Counted from the first letter of the stretch, positions 1-9,531 are shown. The stretch is DNA of 31,648 bases from Actinomycetales bacterium (GCA_039812305.1 JBDIAG010000001.1:1-31648); one strand, 5' to 3'. Program-made: numbers and translations. Notes: generated from the letters alone by a model not told the origin.

Positions 1-149
1 GCGGCTGGCCGCCGCCCTGCCGTCCTGGCGCTCGTCCAACCGGTTATTCGCACGTCAGCCGGTTGTGGGTCGAGTAGCCCGTGATCGCTGGTTGCTCGGC
101 CCATAGCTGGTCAGCGCGGGAACGGCTGGCTGGACGCGCTTGGGCGCCG

Positions 150-245
150 GGCGCCAACCGGAGGGCAGTGGGCGGCCAACCGCAGGCAGTAGGCGCCAAA
201 CGGCAGGGAGCGGAACGCCAACCGCTGGCAACGGGGCCCAGCGGC
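150..245. repeat. Degenerate ~21-bp tandem repeat (core GCCAACCG) downstream of metK
   Basis: Core seen at 153 (gccaaccg), 175 (gccaaccg), 195 (gccaaacg), 217 (gccaaccg) and 236 (gcccagcg), spacing 19-22 bp. Confidence 0.5.
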
Positions 246-328
246 AGGTGGTGGGACGCGCAGTCGCCGGCGGCCGCAGGCGCCCGCGACCCCCAGCCGT
301 CGGCCAGCCCAACCGCCGAACAGTCTGC

Positions 329-1537
329 TCAGCCGGAGGTGACGACCGACTTCAGGGCGTCGGCGCGGTCGGTGCGCTCCCAGCTGAATTCGGGCAGTTC
401 GCGCCCGAAGTGGCCGTAGGCGGAGGTCTGGGAGTAGATCGGGCGGAGCAGGTCGAGGTCGGCCACGATCGCGGCCGGACGCAGGTCGAAGACCTCGCGG
501 ATGCCCTTGGTGATCGACTCGACCGAGACGTTCTCGGTGCCGAAGGTCTCCACGTAGAGGCCGACCGGGTGGGCCTTGCCGATCGCGTAGGCCACCTGCA
601 CCTCGCACCGGGACGCCAGGCCCGCGGCCACGACGTTCTTGGCCACCCAGCGCATCGCGTAGGCGGCGGAGCGGTCGACCTTCGACGGGTCCTTGCCGGA
701 GAACGCGCCGCCACCGTGGCGGGCCATGCCGCCGTAGGTGTCGACGATGATCTTGCGCCCGGTGAGGCCGGCGTCGCCCATCGGGCCGCCGATCACGAAC
801 ACCCCGGTCGGGTTGATGAAGGTGCGCATCCCGCTGGCGTCGAGCTCGACCCGCTCCAGGACGGGCGTGATCACGTGCTCGAGGATGTCCGGCGTGAGCA
901 GCGACTCCAGGCTGATCCCGTCGGCGTGCTGGGTGGAGAGCACGACGGTGTCGACGGTGACGGCGCGGTCGCCGTCGTAGCCGATCGTCACCTGGGTCTT
1001 GCCGTCCGGGCGCAGGTAGGGCACCAGGCCCTCCTTGCGCACCTGCGTCAGCCGCTCCGACAGCCGGTGCGCCAGCCAGATCGGCAGCGGCATCAGTTCG
1101 GGGGTGTCGTCGCAGGCGTAGCCGAACATCAGGCCCTGGTCGCCGGCGCCCTGCAGGTCGTAGGGGTCGGTGCCGCCCTCGACGCGCGTCTCGTGCGCCT
1201 TGTCCACGCCCTGGGCGATGTCGGACGACTGCTCGCCGATCGACACCTCGACCCCGCACGAGCGACCGTCGAAGCCCTTCTCGGAGGAGTCGTAGCCGAT
1301 CCGCAGCACCGTCTCGCGGACCAGCCGGGCGATGTCGGCGTAGCCGTTGGTGCGCACCTCGCCGGCCACGTGCACCAGACCGGTGGTGACCATCGTCTCG
1401 ACCGCCACCCGGCTCTCCGGGTCTTGGGCGATGAGGTCGTCGAGAATGGCGTCACTGATCTGGTCACAGATCTTGTCCGGGTGGCCTTCCGTGACGGACT
1501 CGGAGGTGAACAGACGCAGGGCGGACTCGGACAACAA
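329..1537 (-). CDS. metK: S-adenosylmethionine synthetase (methionine adenosyltransferase)
   Basis: Motifs [43 protein letters not shown] upstream; true start may be the TTG at 1534. Confidence 0.97.
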   Translation of the reverse strand: MLSESALRLFTSESVTEGHPDKICDQISDAILDDLIAQDPESRVAVETMVTTGLVHVAGEVRTNGYADIARLVRETVLRIGYDSSEKGFDGRSCGVEVSIGEQSSDIAQGVDKAHETRVEGGTDPYDLQGAGDQGLMFGYACDDTPELMPLPIWLAHRLSERLTQVRKEGLVPYLRPDGKTQVTIGYDGDRAVTVDTVVLSTQHADGISLESLLTPDILEHVITPVLERVELDASGMRTFINPTGVFVIGGPMGDAGLTGRKIIVDTYGGMARHGGGAFSGKDPSKVDRSAAYAMRWVAKNVVAAGLASRCEVQVAYAIGKAHPVGLYVETFGTENVSVESITKGIREVFDLRPAAIVADLDLLRPIYSQTSAYGHFGRELPEFSWERTDRADALKSVVTSG

Positions 1538-1685
1538 CAGCTCCTAGGTAGAACTCGCGAGGACTCTCGGTTGACCAGCCTAGCGGCTGAGCTTCTCCAG
1601 GGAATTGCGCAACTTTGAGCTTTGGCTCACGCTCCGAGCGCCTCCAGCCCCACACGGCGCGTCTCGATCACGTCGGGGCACGCGG

Positions 1686-1707
1686 TGTCGGCCGGATCTG
1701 CTTGAGT
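1686..1707 (+). promoter_or_regulatory. Possible PafBC/RecA-NDp-type promoter for leaderless priA
   Basis: TGTCGG(1686-1691)-N10-TTGAGT(1702-1707), then 6 nt to GTG 1714. The -10 deviates from TANNNT at position 2. Confidence 0.4.
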
Positions 1708-1713
1708 GGGCGG

Positions 1714-3849
1714 GTGAGCGATGCGGAGGGGGAGCAGCTGCCGCTGCTGGCGGCGCCGGCCGAGGCCCCGTCGCGTTCGTCGAAACGCTCCACGACGGGC
1801 ACCGCCGGGCTGGCCGAGCGGGATCCGGTGGCCGAGGTGCGGGTGGAGCTGGCGGTCCCGCACCTGGACCGGGTGCTCGACTATGCCGTGCCGGCCGAGC
1901 TCGCCGAGACCGCCCGGCCCGGGGTGCGATGCACCGTGGTGGTGGCCGGTCGCCAGGCGCCGGGCTTCGTCGTCACCCGCAAGGACCGCAGCGATCACCC
2001 GGGCCTGCGCAGACTGCACCGGATCTCGTCCGCGCTGCCGGTGCTGACCCCGGCGGTGCTGGGGCTGGCGGAGCAGGTCGCCGCCGAGCACGCCGGCTCG
2101 GTCAGCGACGTGCTGCGACTGGCGGTTCCGCCCCGGCACGCCCGGACGGAGAAGTCGGTGCTGGCCGCCGAGCCGGTGATCCCGCCCACCCCGGATCGTC
2201 CCGACGCGACGATCTGGGAGTCCTTTCGAGGGGGTGTCGCGTTCCTCGAGCGGGTCGTCGCCGGGCAGGCGCCGCGGGCGGTCTGGACGGCCCTGCCGGC
2301 CGCCGACGATGCCGCCGGCTGGCCACGGGCGCTGGCCGTCGCTGCGCTGACGGCGGCGTCCGCGGGCCGGGGGAGCCTGCTGGTGGTGCCGGATCGTCGT
2401 GACGTGCATCGGCTGGTCCACCAGCTGGACGAGCTCGACGCCGGCGATCTCGTCGCCCGGCTGACCGCGGATCTCGGCCCGTCCGCGCGCTATCGGGCGT
2501 TCCTGCAGATCCTGCGGGGGGAACGGCCGATCGTGGTCGGCACCCGCGGGGCGGTCTTCGCCCCGGTGCCGCGGCTGGGCCTGGCCGTCTGCTGGGACGA
2601 CGGGGACGACCTCCTGGCCGAGCCCCGGGCGCCCTATCCGCACGCCCGGGACGTGCTGATCCGGCGCAGTGAGCTCGAGGGCGCCGCCGCGGTGTTCGGC
2701 GGCCTGGGCCGCAGCGCGGAGGCCGAACTCCTCCTGCACACCGGATGGGCCAGACAGATCGCGGCCGATCGCACCATCGTGCGGCAACGTGCCCCCCGAG
2801 TGGTGACCGCGGGGGACGACGACCTGCGCGATCCGGCGGCCCGCACCGCCCGGATCCCCTCGCTGGCGCTGCGGGTGGCCCGGGAGGCGCTGTCGTCCGG
2901 CCCGGTGCTGGTGCAGGTTCCGCATGCCGGCTACGTGCCCGGGCTGGCGTGTCAGGAGTGCCGCCGGCCGGCCAGGTGTGCCCACTGCGGCGGCCCGCTG
3001 GCGCTGACCGCTCGGGCCGGCACCGCCTGCTGCGGATGGTGCGGGCGGACGGTGACGGTCGGGCCGGCGGTCGGACCGTCCGGGCAGTGGCGGTGCGGCA
3101 CCTGCCGATCCACCCGGCTCCGTGCCGTACGGGTCGGTTCGAACCGCACCGCGGAGGAGATCGGCAGGGCCTTTCCCGGTGTGCCGGTGCGGATCTCGTC
3201 CGCCGAGAAGGGCATCGTGGACGGCGCGGACGTCACCGGCGGGATCGTCGTCGCCACCCCGGGCGCCGAACCGGTCGTGACCGGGGGGTATGCGGCGACG
3301 CTGCTGCTGGACGGCTGGGTGCCGCTGTCCCGGCCGAGCCTGGACGCCGCCCTGGAGGCTGCCCGCCGGTGGTTCACGGCCGCGGCGCTGACCCGGCCGG
3401 CCCCGGACGGCGGCCAGGTCGTCCTCGTGGCCGAGAGTGCGCAACCGGCGGTGCAGGCGCTGGTCCGCTGGGATCCGGCCGGCCTGGCCGCTCGTGAACT
3501 GGGTGAGCGGACCGAGCTCGGACTGCCGCCGGCGGGGGTGCTGGCGGAGGCGGTCGGGACGGAACTCGACGGCTTCCTCCAGGTGCTGAGACTGCCGGCC
3601 GGCGTGGAGGTCATCGGCCCCCTGCCGCTGCCGTTGCCGACCTCCGACTCCGCCGCCCGGCAGGCGCGTCCCGGTGACGAGCCCACCCCCCGGATGGACG
3701 TCGTCGAGGCCGGGGCGGCCCGCGTGCTGTTCCGCGCCCCCGGCAGCCAGCGACTCGCGCTGGCCCGGGCGCTGGCGGCGGGCGGCGGCGTGCGGTCGGC
3801 GCGCAAGGCGGCCCTGCCGCGGGTCAGGATGCGCGCGGACGCGTTCTGA
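1714..3849 (+). CDS. priA: Primosomal protein N' (actinobacterial type, degenerate helicase motifs)
   Basis: HLDRVLDYAVP N-terminal domain, VVGTRGAVFAP, WDDGDD..EPRAPYPHARDV, Zn-binding CxxC pairs (CQEC, CAHC, CGWC, CGTC). Start taken as GTG 1714 (MSDAEGEQLPLL), in frame with the track ORF. Confidence 0.93.
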   Translation: MSDAEGEQLPLLAAPAEAPSRSSKRSTTGTAGLAERDPVAEVRVELAVPHLDRVLDYAVPAELAETARPGVRCTVVVAGRQAPGFVVTRKDRSDHPGLRRLHRISSALPVLTPAVLGLAEQVAAEHAGSVSDVLRLAVPPRHARTEKSVLAAEPVIPPTPDRPDATIWESFRGGVAFLERVVAGQAPRAVWTALPAADDAAGWPRALAVAALTAASAGRGSLLVVPDRRDVHRLVHQLDELDAGDLVARLTADLGPSARYRAFLQILRGERPIVVGTRGAVFAPVPRLGLAVCWDDGDDLLAEPRAPYPHARDVLIRRSELEGAAAVFGGLGRSAEAELLLHTGWARQIAADRTIVRQRAPRVVTAGDDDLRDPAARTARIPSLALRVAREALSSGPVLVQVPHAGYVPGLACQECRRPARCAHCGGPLALTARAGTACCGWCGRTVTVGPAVGPSGQWRCGTCRSTRLRAVRVGSNRTAEEIGRAFPGVPVRISSAEKGIVDGADVTGGIVVATPGAEPVVTGGYAATLLLDGWVPLSRPSLDAALEAARRWFTAAALTRPAPDGGQVVLVAESAQPAVQALVRWDPAGLAARELGERTELGLPPAGVLAEAVGTELDGFLQVLRLPAGVEVIGPLPLPLPTSDSAARQARPGDEPTPRMDVVEAGAARVLFRAPGSQRLALARALAAGGGVRSARKAALPRVRMRADAF

Positions 3850-3885
3850 CCGGCGTGCGCCCGAACTGACCGGAGTACGCCCGAG
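3846..3885. repeat. 20-bp direct tandem duplication at the priA stop
   Basis: ctgaccggcgtgcgcccgaa / ctgaccggagtacgcccgag. Confidence 0.7.
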
Positions 3886-3902
3886 CCGGCGACCCGCCGC
3901 GG

Positions 3903-5636
3903 TCAGCCGACGACGTCGAATCCGTCCGGGCCGACGACGAGCACCCCACCCGGGACAGTCGTCACCGTGGACGACCGGCCGGAGCCGGCGCGGAAGGCCG
4001 GTTCGTCCGAGAGTGGCTGGACGAGAACCCCTTTCGTCGAGGTGTTGGAATCGTCGACACAGGTCACGACGATCGCCTCCGGCGTGGCCGCCGCCTGGGC
4101 GACATTCGGGCAATCGGCGGGCCAGGTCACCTCGCGGATCGTCTGCAGCCGTGGGTCCCAGTACTGCCGGGCGTCCCCGCCGATGACCGGGACCGGCCCG
4201 GTCACGTACACGTAGGTGTTCGGTGGCAACTCCTGCAGCGCCCGGCCGGTGTGCGCGTCGAGCAGGACGGTCGGCAGGGCGACGCTGCCGAGCGTGAAGA
4301 AGGCGATCACGTCGCTGTGCGGGGAGGTCGCCAGGTACGGGTCGAAGGAGACCCGCTCGGAGGGAAGGGGAAGCTCGTAGGTCCAGGCGATCTTCCCGGT
4401 CCGCTGGTCCACCGCGTGCACCACGGCGTCGCCGTCGCAGCGGACCGTCCGCAGCGCCACCTCGTGGGTCGCGGCGGGGAGGGCGAACATGTACTCGCAC
4501 TCGGTGGGTGGCCGCCACCGCCACCGGTCCTCGCCGGTGCGGGCGTCGATGCCGAGCGCCTCACCGTCGGCTCCGGCGACCACCAGGGTCTCGTCGGTCA
4601 TCGTGAACAACCCCGATTCGCCCGCCAGAACGCGCTGGGCGAGCACCTCGCCGGTGAACCCGTCGAGGAAGACGACTCTCGTCGCCCGGGTGTCGCGGCC
4701 TCCGCCGGCGCTGAACGGCACGGCGACCACGGCTCCGTCCGGACTCGCGTACACCTGGAACGCGTTCGCCCCGCGCAGTTCGTACGACCAGCGCACCTTG
4801 CCGGTGGCAGCGTCGACGCCGGCGGCACCGCGGTCGGGCGCGCCGGGGTATTCCAGCACGGTGGCGAACCCGGTGCCGGCCGGGACCAGCGCGTTCTTGA
4901 CGATGCCGATGCCTCGGTCGGTGTCATCGTTGTGCCACAGGGTGTTTCGCGGAACCGGCGGTATCGGTGCGGCCTCCTGCGGGCTAGCCGTCGTCGAGCG
5001 CGCGGGCAGGTCGCGCAGCGTCGGCGCGGCGCCCGCGCCGGCGGCGAGCAGCGCTGCGCAGGTCAGGACGGCGGTGACCGGGGGCGCCCAGAGCCGGTTG
5101 GGTCCGGCCGACTCGCCGCGCGCCGGAGAGCCGGGCCGCCCGGTGGTGACCTGGGCCGCCTGGAGCGGGTTCGACGCAACGGCCGCGTCGCGACCCGGTG
5201 CGTCGGACCGCGCCTCGGTGACCTGGGTCGCCTGGGGCCGGTTCGACCGATCGCCGTCCGACGGCGCGCGGTCACGGCCCCGCACCGACAGGAGCAGGCT
5301 GATCGTGAGGACGAGGCCGCACAGGGCCAGCACCGCCAGCACCGGCCCCGGCGTCCCCCGGCCGACGTCGCGACCGAACAGCACGGCGGCGGTCACGGTG
5401 AGTGCGGCCGCGATGCCGGCCACGACCCAGGTCCCCCGGGCGCCGGTGCGCCGACCGGATGCGGAACCGTCCCGGCGGAAGGCGAGCGCCACCGCACCGA
5501 CTCCCAGGACGCCGAGGACGCTGACCGGCAGACCCAACGAGGACGGCGTCGCCGCGTCGCCGTCGAAGAGCCAGCTCGCCGCCACCGCCGCGACGATCGA
5601 ACCGAAGGCAAGGCCGAACCACCATCGGGCGAACAC
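3903..5636 (-). CDS. Membrane-anchored PQQ-like (BamB-type) beta-propeller protein
   Basis: About four N-terminal hydrophobic helices, then repeated blades (GVDAATGKVRW, GIDARTGEDRW, AVDQRTGKIAW, LLDAHTG). GAGAGGA RBS before GTG 5636. Confidence 0.75.
   Translation of the reverse strand: MFARWWFGLAFGSIVAAVAASWLFDGDAATPSSLGLPVSVLGVLGVGAVALAFRRDGSASGRRTGARGTWVVAGIAAALTVTAAVLFGRDVGRGTPGPVLAVLALCGLVLTISLLLSVRGRDRAPSDGDRSNRPQATQVTEARSDAPGRDAAVASNPLQAAQVTTGRPGSPARGESAGPNRLWAPPVTAVLTCAALLAAGAGAAPTLRDLPARSTTASPQEAAPIPPVPRNTLWHNDDTDRGIGIVKNALVPAGTGFATVLEYPGAPDRGAAGVDAATGKVRWSYELRGANAFQVYASPDGAVVAVPFSAGGGRDTRATRVVFLDGFTGEVLAQRVLAGESGLFTMTDETLVVAGADGEALGIDARTGEDRWRWRPPTECEYMFALPAATHEVALRTVRCDGDAVVHAVDQRTGKIAWTYELPLPSERVSFDPYLATSPHSDVIAFFTLGSVALPTVLLDAHTGRALQELPPNTYVYVTGPVPVIGGDARQYWDPRLQTIREVTWPADCPNVAQAAATPEAIVVTCVDDSNTSTKGVLVQPLSDEPAFRAGSGRSSTVTTVPGGVLVVGPDGFDVVG
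5073..5246. repeat. Three copies of a 30-bp motif at an exact 72-bp period inside the propeller gene linker
   Basis: Copies start at 5073, 5145 and 5217; peptides SNRPQATQVT / SNPLQAAQVT / PNRLWAPPVT at 24-aa spacing. Confidence 0.75.
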
Positions 5637-5719
5637 AGGGGATCCTCTCGTCGGGCGGGCTGGTCGGGAATCGTAGACGTTGGTCGTCGCGACGACGTTC
5701 CCGACCCGACGACGGCTGG

Positions 5720-5738
5720 TTAGGTTAGCCTTACCTTT
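5720..5738 (+). promoter_or_regulatory. DtxR/IdeR/DmdR1-type iron box overlapping the -10 of a leaderless gene
   Basis: TTAGGTTAGCCTTACCTTT matches TWAGGTWAGSCTWACCTWA at 18/19. It ends directly at GTG 5739 and contains TAGCCT 7 nt before the start. Confidence 0.8.
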
Positions 5739-7478
5739 GTGTCTGAGACAAAGCGGTCTGAACGTCGCCTCTCCGCCACCGTGCTCGTGATCGGCACCGG
5801 TGGATCCGGCCTGCGGGCCGCCATCGAACTCGCCGAGGCGGGCGTCGACGCGCTCGTCGTCGGCAAACGTCCCAAGGCGGACGCCCATACCACCCTCGCC
5901 GCCGGCGGCATCAACGCCGCCCTCGCCACGATGGACCCGCAGGACTCGTGGCAGCAGCATGCGGCGGACACGATCACCGAGAGCTATCTGCTCGCCGACC
6001 CGCGCACGGTCGAGATCGTCACCCGCAACGCGGCGCGCGGCATCGAGGATCTCGAGCGGTACGGAATGCCCTTCGCGCGGGAGGACGACGGCCGGATCTC
6101 GCAGCGCTTCTTCGGGGCGCACACCTTCCGGCGGACCGCCTACAGCGGCGACTACACCGGTCTGGAGATCCAGCGGACGCTGCTCAACCGCGCGGCGCAG
6201 CTGAACGTCCCGATCATCGACTCGATGTACGTCACGCGGCTCCTGAGCCGCGACGGAGCCGTCTTCGGCGCCTACGGCTTCGACGTGGGCGACGGCACCC
6301 GGTACCTGATCCACGCCGACGCCGTCATCCTCGCCGCCGGCGGGCACAACCGGATCTGGCGGCGCACCTCCTCGCGGCGCGACGAGAACACCGGCGACTC
6401 GTTCCGGCTCGCGGTGGAAGCCGGTGCGAGACTGCGTGATCCGGAGCTCGTCCAATTCCACCCGTCCGGCATCCTCGAGCCCGAGAACGCGGCCGGGACG
6501 CTGGTCTCGGAGGCTGCCCGCGGCGAGGGCGGCATCCTCCGGAACGCGCTGGGCGAACGGTTCATGGAGCGCTACGACGCGGACCGGATGGAGCTGTCCA
6601 CCCGGGACCGGGTGGCCCTGGCCGAGTACACCGAGATCAAGGAGGGTCGTGGCACGCCGAAAGGCGGTGTCTGGCTGGATGTCTCGCATCTGCCGCGAGC
6701 CACGATCATGCGCAAGCTGCCGCGCGTCTACCAGACGCTCCTCGAACTGCAGATGCTCGACATCACCACGAGCCCGATCGAGATCGCGCCGACCGCGCAC
6801 TACTCGATGGGCGGGGTGTGGGTGCGTCCGGAGGATCACTCGACCGACGTGGCCGGCCTGTACGCCCTCGGCGAGGCCGCCAGCGGACTGCACGGCGCGA
6901 ACCGGCTGGGCGGCAACTCGCTGATCGAACTGCTCGTCTACGGACGGATCACCGCGGCGGCCGCGGCCGCCTACGCCGACGGGCTGGACGCCCAGCGCAG
7001 GTCGGCGGACGCGGTGGCGCGGGCGCGGGCCGAGGTGGACGACCTGCTCGCCGCGGACGGACCGGAGAACGTCCGGGCGCTGCAGCGGGCCGTCCGCGAC
7101 ATCATGACCGAGTACGCGGGCGTCGTCCGCGACGAAGCCGGGCTCGTCCGCGGGCTGGCCGAACTCGACGTGGTCGAGGAGCGCGTGGCGTCGGTCGGCG
7201 TGCACCCGGACCTGGCCGGCTATCAGGATCTGGCGCACGCCTTCGACCTCAAGGCCTCCATCCTGGCCGCCCGGGCGACCCTGCAGGCCGCCCTGGAGCG
7301 GCGTGAGACCCGCGGTTGCCACAACCGCGGCGACTACCCGAATCTGGATCCGGAACTGCAGGTGAACCTGGTCTGGAGCGGTGACGGCACGGTGACGCGG
7401 GAGGAGATCGCGCCCGTGCCGGCCGAGATCGCCGCGATGATGCACGAGGTGTCGAGCACCGGGAAGTTCGTCGAGTGA
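5739..7478 (+). CDS. Stand-alone SdhA/FrdA/NadB-family FAD-dependent oxidoreductase
   Basis: GTGGSG FAD loop, AHTTLAAGG (His at the covalent-FAD position), QFHPSG, SEAARGEG, STRDRVA, HYSMGG, LHGANRLGGNSL, RRETRGCH. No Fe-S subunit gene adjacent. Confidence 0.9.
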   Translation: MSETKRSERRLSATVLVIGTGGSGLRAAIELAEAGVDALVVGKRPKADAHTTLAAGGINAALATMDPQDSWQQHAADTITESYLLADPRTVEIVTRNAARGIEDLERYGMPFAREDDGRISQRFFGAHTFRRTAYSGDYTGLEIQRTLLNRAAQLNVPIIDSMYVTRLLSRDGAVFGAYGFDVGDGTRYLIHADAVILAAGGHNRIWRRTSSRRDENTGDSFRLAVEAGARLRDPELVQFHPSGILEPENAAGTLVSEAARGEGGILRNALGERFMERYDADRMELSTRDRVALAEYTEIKEGRGTPKGGVWLDVSHLPRATIMRKLPRVYQTLLELQMLDITTSPIEIAPTAHYSMGGVWVRPEDHSTDVAGLYALGEAASGLHGANRLGGNSLIELLVYGRITAAAAAAYADGLDAQRRSADAVARARAEVDDLLAADGPENVRALQRAVRDIMTEYAGVVRDEAGLVRGLAELDVVEERVASVGVHPDLAGYQDLAHAFDLKASILAARATLQAALERRETRGCHNRGDYPNLDPELQVNLVWSGDGTVTREEIAPVPAEIAAMMHEVSSTGKFVE

Positions 7479-7868
7479 TCAGCCGGCGTAGGTGCCGAAG
7501 CTCCAGGCGTTGCCGTCGTTGTCCCGGACGGCGAAATCGGTTGAGCCGTAGTCCGTCTCCCCGAGTTCGCGGATGATCGCGGCGCCCAGCGCCTGAGCCT
7601 TGGCGAAGACCTCCGCGGGCCGGTCGGTGACGACGTAGAGGGACGCCTTGCCCACCGGCACGTCGAAGTCGCTCTCCCGGAAGGTGGCGACCATCACCCG
7701 GCCTCCCTCCGGCCAGATCATCTCGGAGTGCTGCACGACGCCGTCGTCGTCGGCGACGAGAATGCCGTCGACGAAGCCGAGTTCGCGCAACCAGGCGCGC
7801 AGTGCGAGCGGGTCGTGGCTGCTGATGGCAGACCAGATGTTGTGATCCTGTACGGGTGTCTCACTCAT
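7479..7868 (-). CDS. VOC/glyoxalase-bleomycin resistance family protein
   Basis: HSEMIWPEGGRVMV and ETDYGSTDFAVRDNDGNAWSFGTY. Start ATG 7868 (MSETPVQ). Confidence 0.85.
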   Translation of the reverse strand: MSETPVQDHNIWSAISSHDPLALRAWLRELGFVDGILVADDDGVVQHSEMIWPEGGRVMVATFRESDFDVPVGKASLYVVTDRPAEVFAKAQALGAAIIRELGETDYGSTDFAVRDNDGNAWSFGTYAG

Positions 7869-7872
7869 GACT

Positions 7873-8871
7873 TCATCCTGACGCCGTGCCGTCGCCTCGT
7901 CTTGAACCTTTGGGAAGCGTCTGCCGTCGAGAGGCCACGACCCGCCGTCGGTCGGCACCCTCCACGGCGGGTTGCGACCCCTCGACCACCTCGACGTCGT
8001 GGGTGGTGGGGAAGACCTCGGTGGCCAGCCACTGGGTCGGGGTGCAGCCCGCCAGGTCGCGCCACTCCCGGGTGAGGTGGGCCTGGTCGGCGTAGCCGCA
8101 GGCCGCCGCGACGTCCGCCAGCCTCGGCGTGGGCGTCTGGCGCACCAGGCGGTGGGAGCGTTCGAACCGCATCACCCGCGCCGCGACCTTGGGCGGGTGG
8201 CCGAACTCGGCGCCGAACCGGGTGGTCAGCTGCCGCCGGGACCAGCCGACCCGCCGGGCGACCTCCGCGACCGGGAGCGTGCCGTCCGAACCGGCGAGCA
8301 GCCGCCAGGCGTGCCAGGTCGCCGGATCCCGCTGGCTGGCGCGTTCGAGCGACGACAGGCCGCGTTCCAGCCGTCCGACGAGGAGTTGCTCGACGAGGGC
8401 CACGCGGGTCGGCCAGTCCGGTGCGGCGGCGAGACCGTCCAGCAGGTGCCGGGCGCCGGCGCCGACGACGTCGGCCAGCGAGATGACGTGGCCGGCCAAC
8501 TCCGACGACGGCATTCCGAGCAGGGCGCGGGCGCCGGCGGGGGTGAGATCCACCTCGATGCCCGCCTGATGGCCGTCGTGATGGATGTGGACCGGCGAGT
8601 CGTGGATGCCGCCGACGAGGCCGGCGAACGGGGTCGGTTCGCGCAGCGGTCGGCCCGCTCCGTCGGCAGCCCGGCCGGAGATGACGATCGCGCTCTCGAA
8701 CGGCAGGATCAGGGTCAGCGACCGGGCCGGCATACCGACGTGGGTGCCGGCGGGGAATCCGGAGAGCTGGTAGCCGATGGTCGCGGTGAAGAAGGCGCGC
8801 GTGGCCCGCTGCCCGGGAACCCGGTGCAGATGGATCGCCGTCGGCTGCGCCGGGTGAGACCTCGCGTCCAC
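7873..8871 (-). CDS. AraC-family transcriptional regulator (C-terminus altered by an insertion)
   Basis: C-terminal HTH: [15 protein letters not shown]...[35 protein letters not shown] lies 6 nt upstream of GTG (leaderless-like). Confidence 0.88.
   Translation of the reverse strand: MDARSHPAQPTAIHLHRVPGQRATRAFFTATIGYQLSGFPAGTHVGMPARSLTLILPFESAIVISGRAADGAGRPLREPTPFAGLVGGIHDSPVHIHHDGHQAGIEVDLTPAGARALLGMPSSELAGHVISLADVVGAGARHLLDGLAAAPDWPTRVALVEQLLVGRLERGLSSLERASQRDPATWHAWRLLAGSDGTLPVAEVARRVGWSRRQLTTRFGAEFGHPPKVAARVMRFERSHRLVRQTPTPRLADVAAACGYADQAHLTREWRDLAGCTPTQWLATEVFPTTHDVEVVEGSQPAVEGADRRRVVASRRQTLPKGSRRGDGTASG
7926..7986. repeat. 61-bp REP-like palindrome, solo copy (inverted relative to the others)
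   Basis: Minus strand reads gtcgaggggtcgcaacccgcc-19 nt-ggcgggtcgtggcctctcgac; same length and arm family as 13676-13736. Confidence 0.8.
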
Positions 8872-8985
8872 ACCGGCATTGTCCTCCGCCGGCGGCGAGG
8901 GGGCGCGGCGACGGTTCGTCCTGGTTGCCAGCGGCGGGGCGGCCGCGCCACGTAGGCTGGAGCCGGTTCAAAGGGAAGGTGTGGC

Positions 8986-9531
8986 GTGGCTATCAAGGAC
9001 ATCCGGTTGTTCGGCGATCCGGTCCTGCGGGCGAAGGCGGAACCGGTCGTCGACTTCGACAAGCAGATCCGGCAACTCGTGAAGGACCTCGAGGACACCA
9101 TGCTGGACGCGCCGGGCGTCGGCCTCGCAGCCCCCCAGCTCGGCGTCAGCCTGCGGGTCTTCACCTACTACGTCGACGGCGTGCTCGGTCACCTGATCAA
9201 CCCCTCGCTCGACCTCACCGAGGAGGTGCAGGACGGCGAGGAGGGTTGCCTGTCCATGCCGGGGATCTACTTCGACACCCGGCGCGCCTACGGTGTCGTC
9301 GCGACCGGGCAGAACATGTACGGCGAGCCGATCACCGTCGAGGGCACCGAGCTGCTCGCCCGGTGTGTGCAGCACGAGACCGATCACTTGGACGGCATCC
9401 TGTTCATCGACCGGATGGACAAGGCCACCCGCAAGCTGGCGATGAAGGCGATCCGCGAGGCGGAGTGGAACGGCGGGCCGGCGCCGACGGTGAAGGTCAG
9501 CCCGCACCCGACGTTCGGCCGGGCTCTGTGA
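8986..9531 (+). CDS. def: Peptide deformylase
   Basis: [24 protein letters not shown] motifs. Confidence 0.97.
   Translation: MAIKDIRLFGDPVLRAKAEPVVDFDKQIRQLVKDLEDTMLDAPGVGLAAPQLGVSLRVFTYYVDGVLGHLINPSLDLTEEVQDGEEGCLSMPGIYFDTRRAYGVVATGQNMYGEPITVEGTELLARCVQHETDHLDGILFIDRMDKATRKLAMKAIREAEWNGGPAPTVKVSPHPTFGRAL

Noticed and set aside
94-1592. Weak inverted similarity flanking metK (94-113 versus 1572-1592, about 17/21 with a gap) as inversion endpoints
   Set aside because: Too short and gapped to distinguish from chance in GC-rich DNA.
1587-1612. ctgagcttctccaggg resembles the spacer of the 16375 palindrome
   Set aside because: No arms or inverted repeat are present, so it is not counted as a copy.
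1538-1713. SAM riboswitch upstream of metK
   Set aside because: I could not find SAM-I or SAM-IV core sequences on the minus strand. An Infernal/Rfam scan would settle it.
1627-4524. Long overlapping ORFs such as 1627..4524(-), 140..1618(+), 9384..11204(-), 21763..23535(-), 25231..26475(-), 27460..28848(+)
   Set aside because: Arg/Pro/Ala-rich shadow frames expected in very GC-rich DNA. Each overlaps a well-supported gene and shows no family motifs.
5663-5705. GTCGGGAA...TTCCCGAC inverted repeat with an internal 14-bp palindrome GTCGTCGCGACGAC
   Set aside because: Real, but short and GC-rich, with no second copy or function to support a call.
5637-7445. N-terminal half of the 1180-aa minus-strand ORF (3903..7445)
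   Set aside because: It is the antisense shadow of the flavoprotein gene. The real propeller gene starts at GTG 5636 after an RBS.
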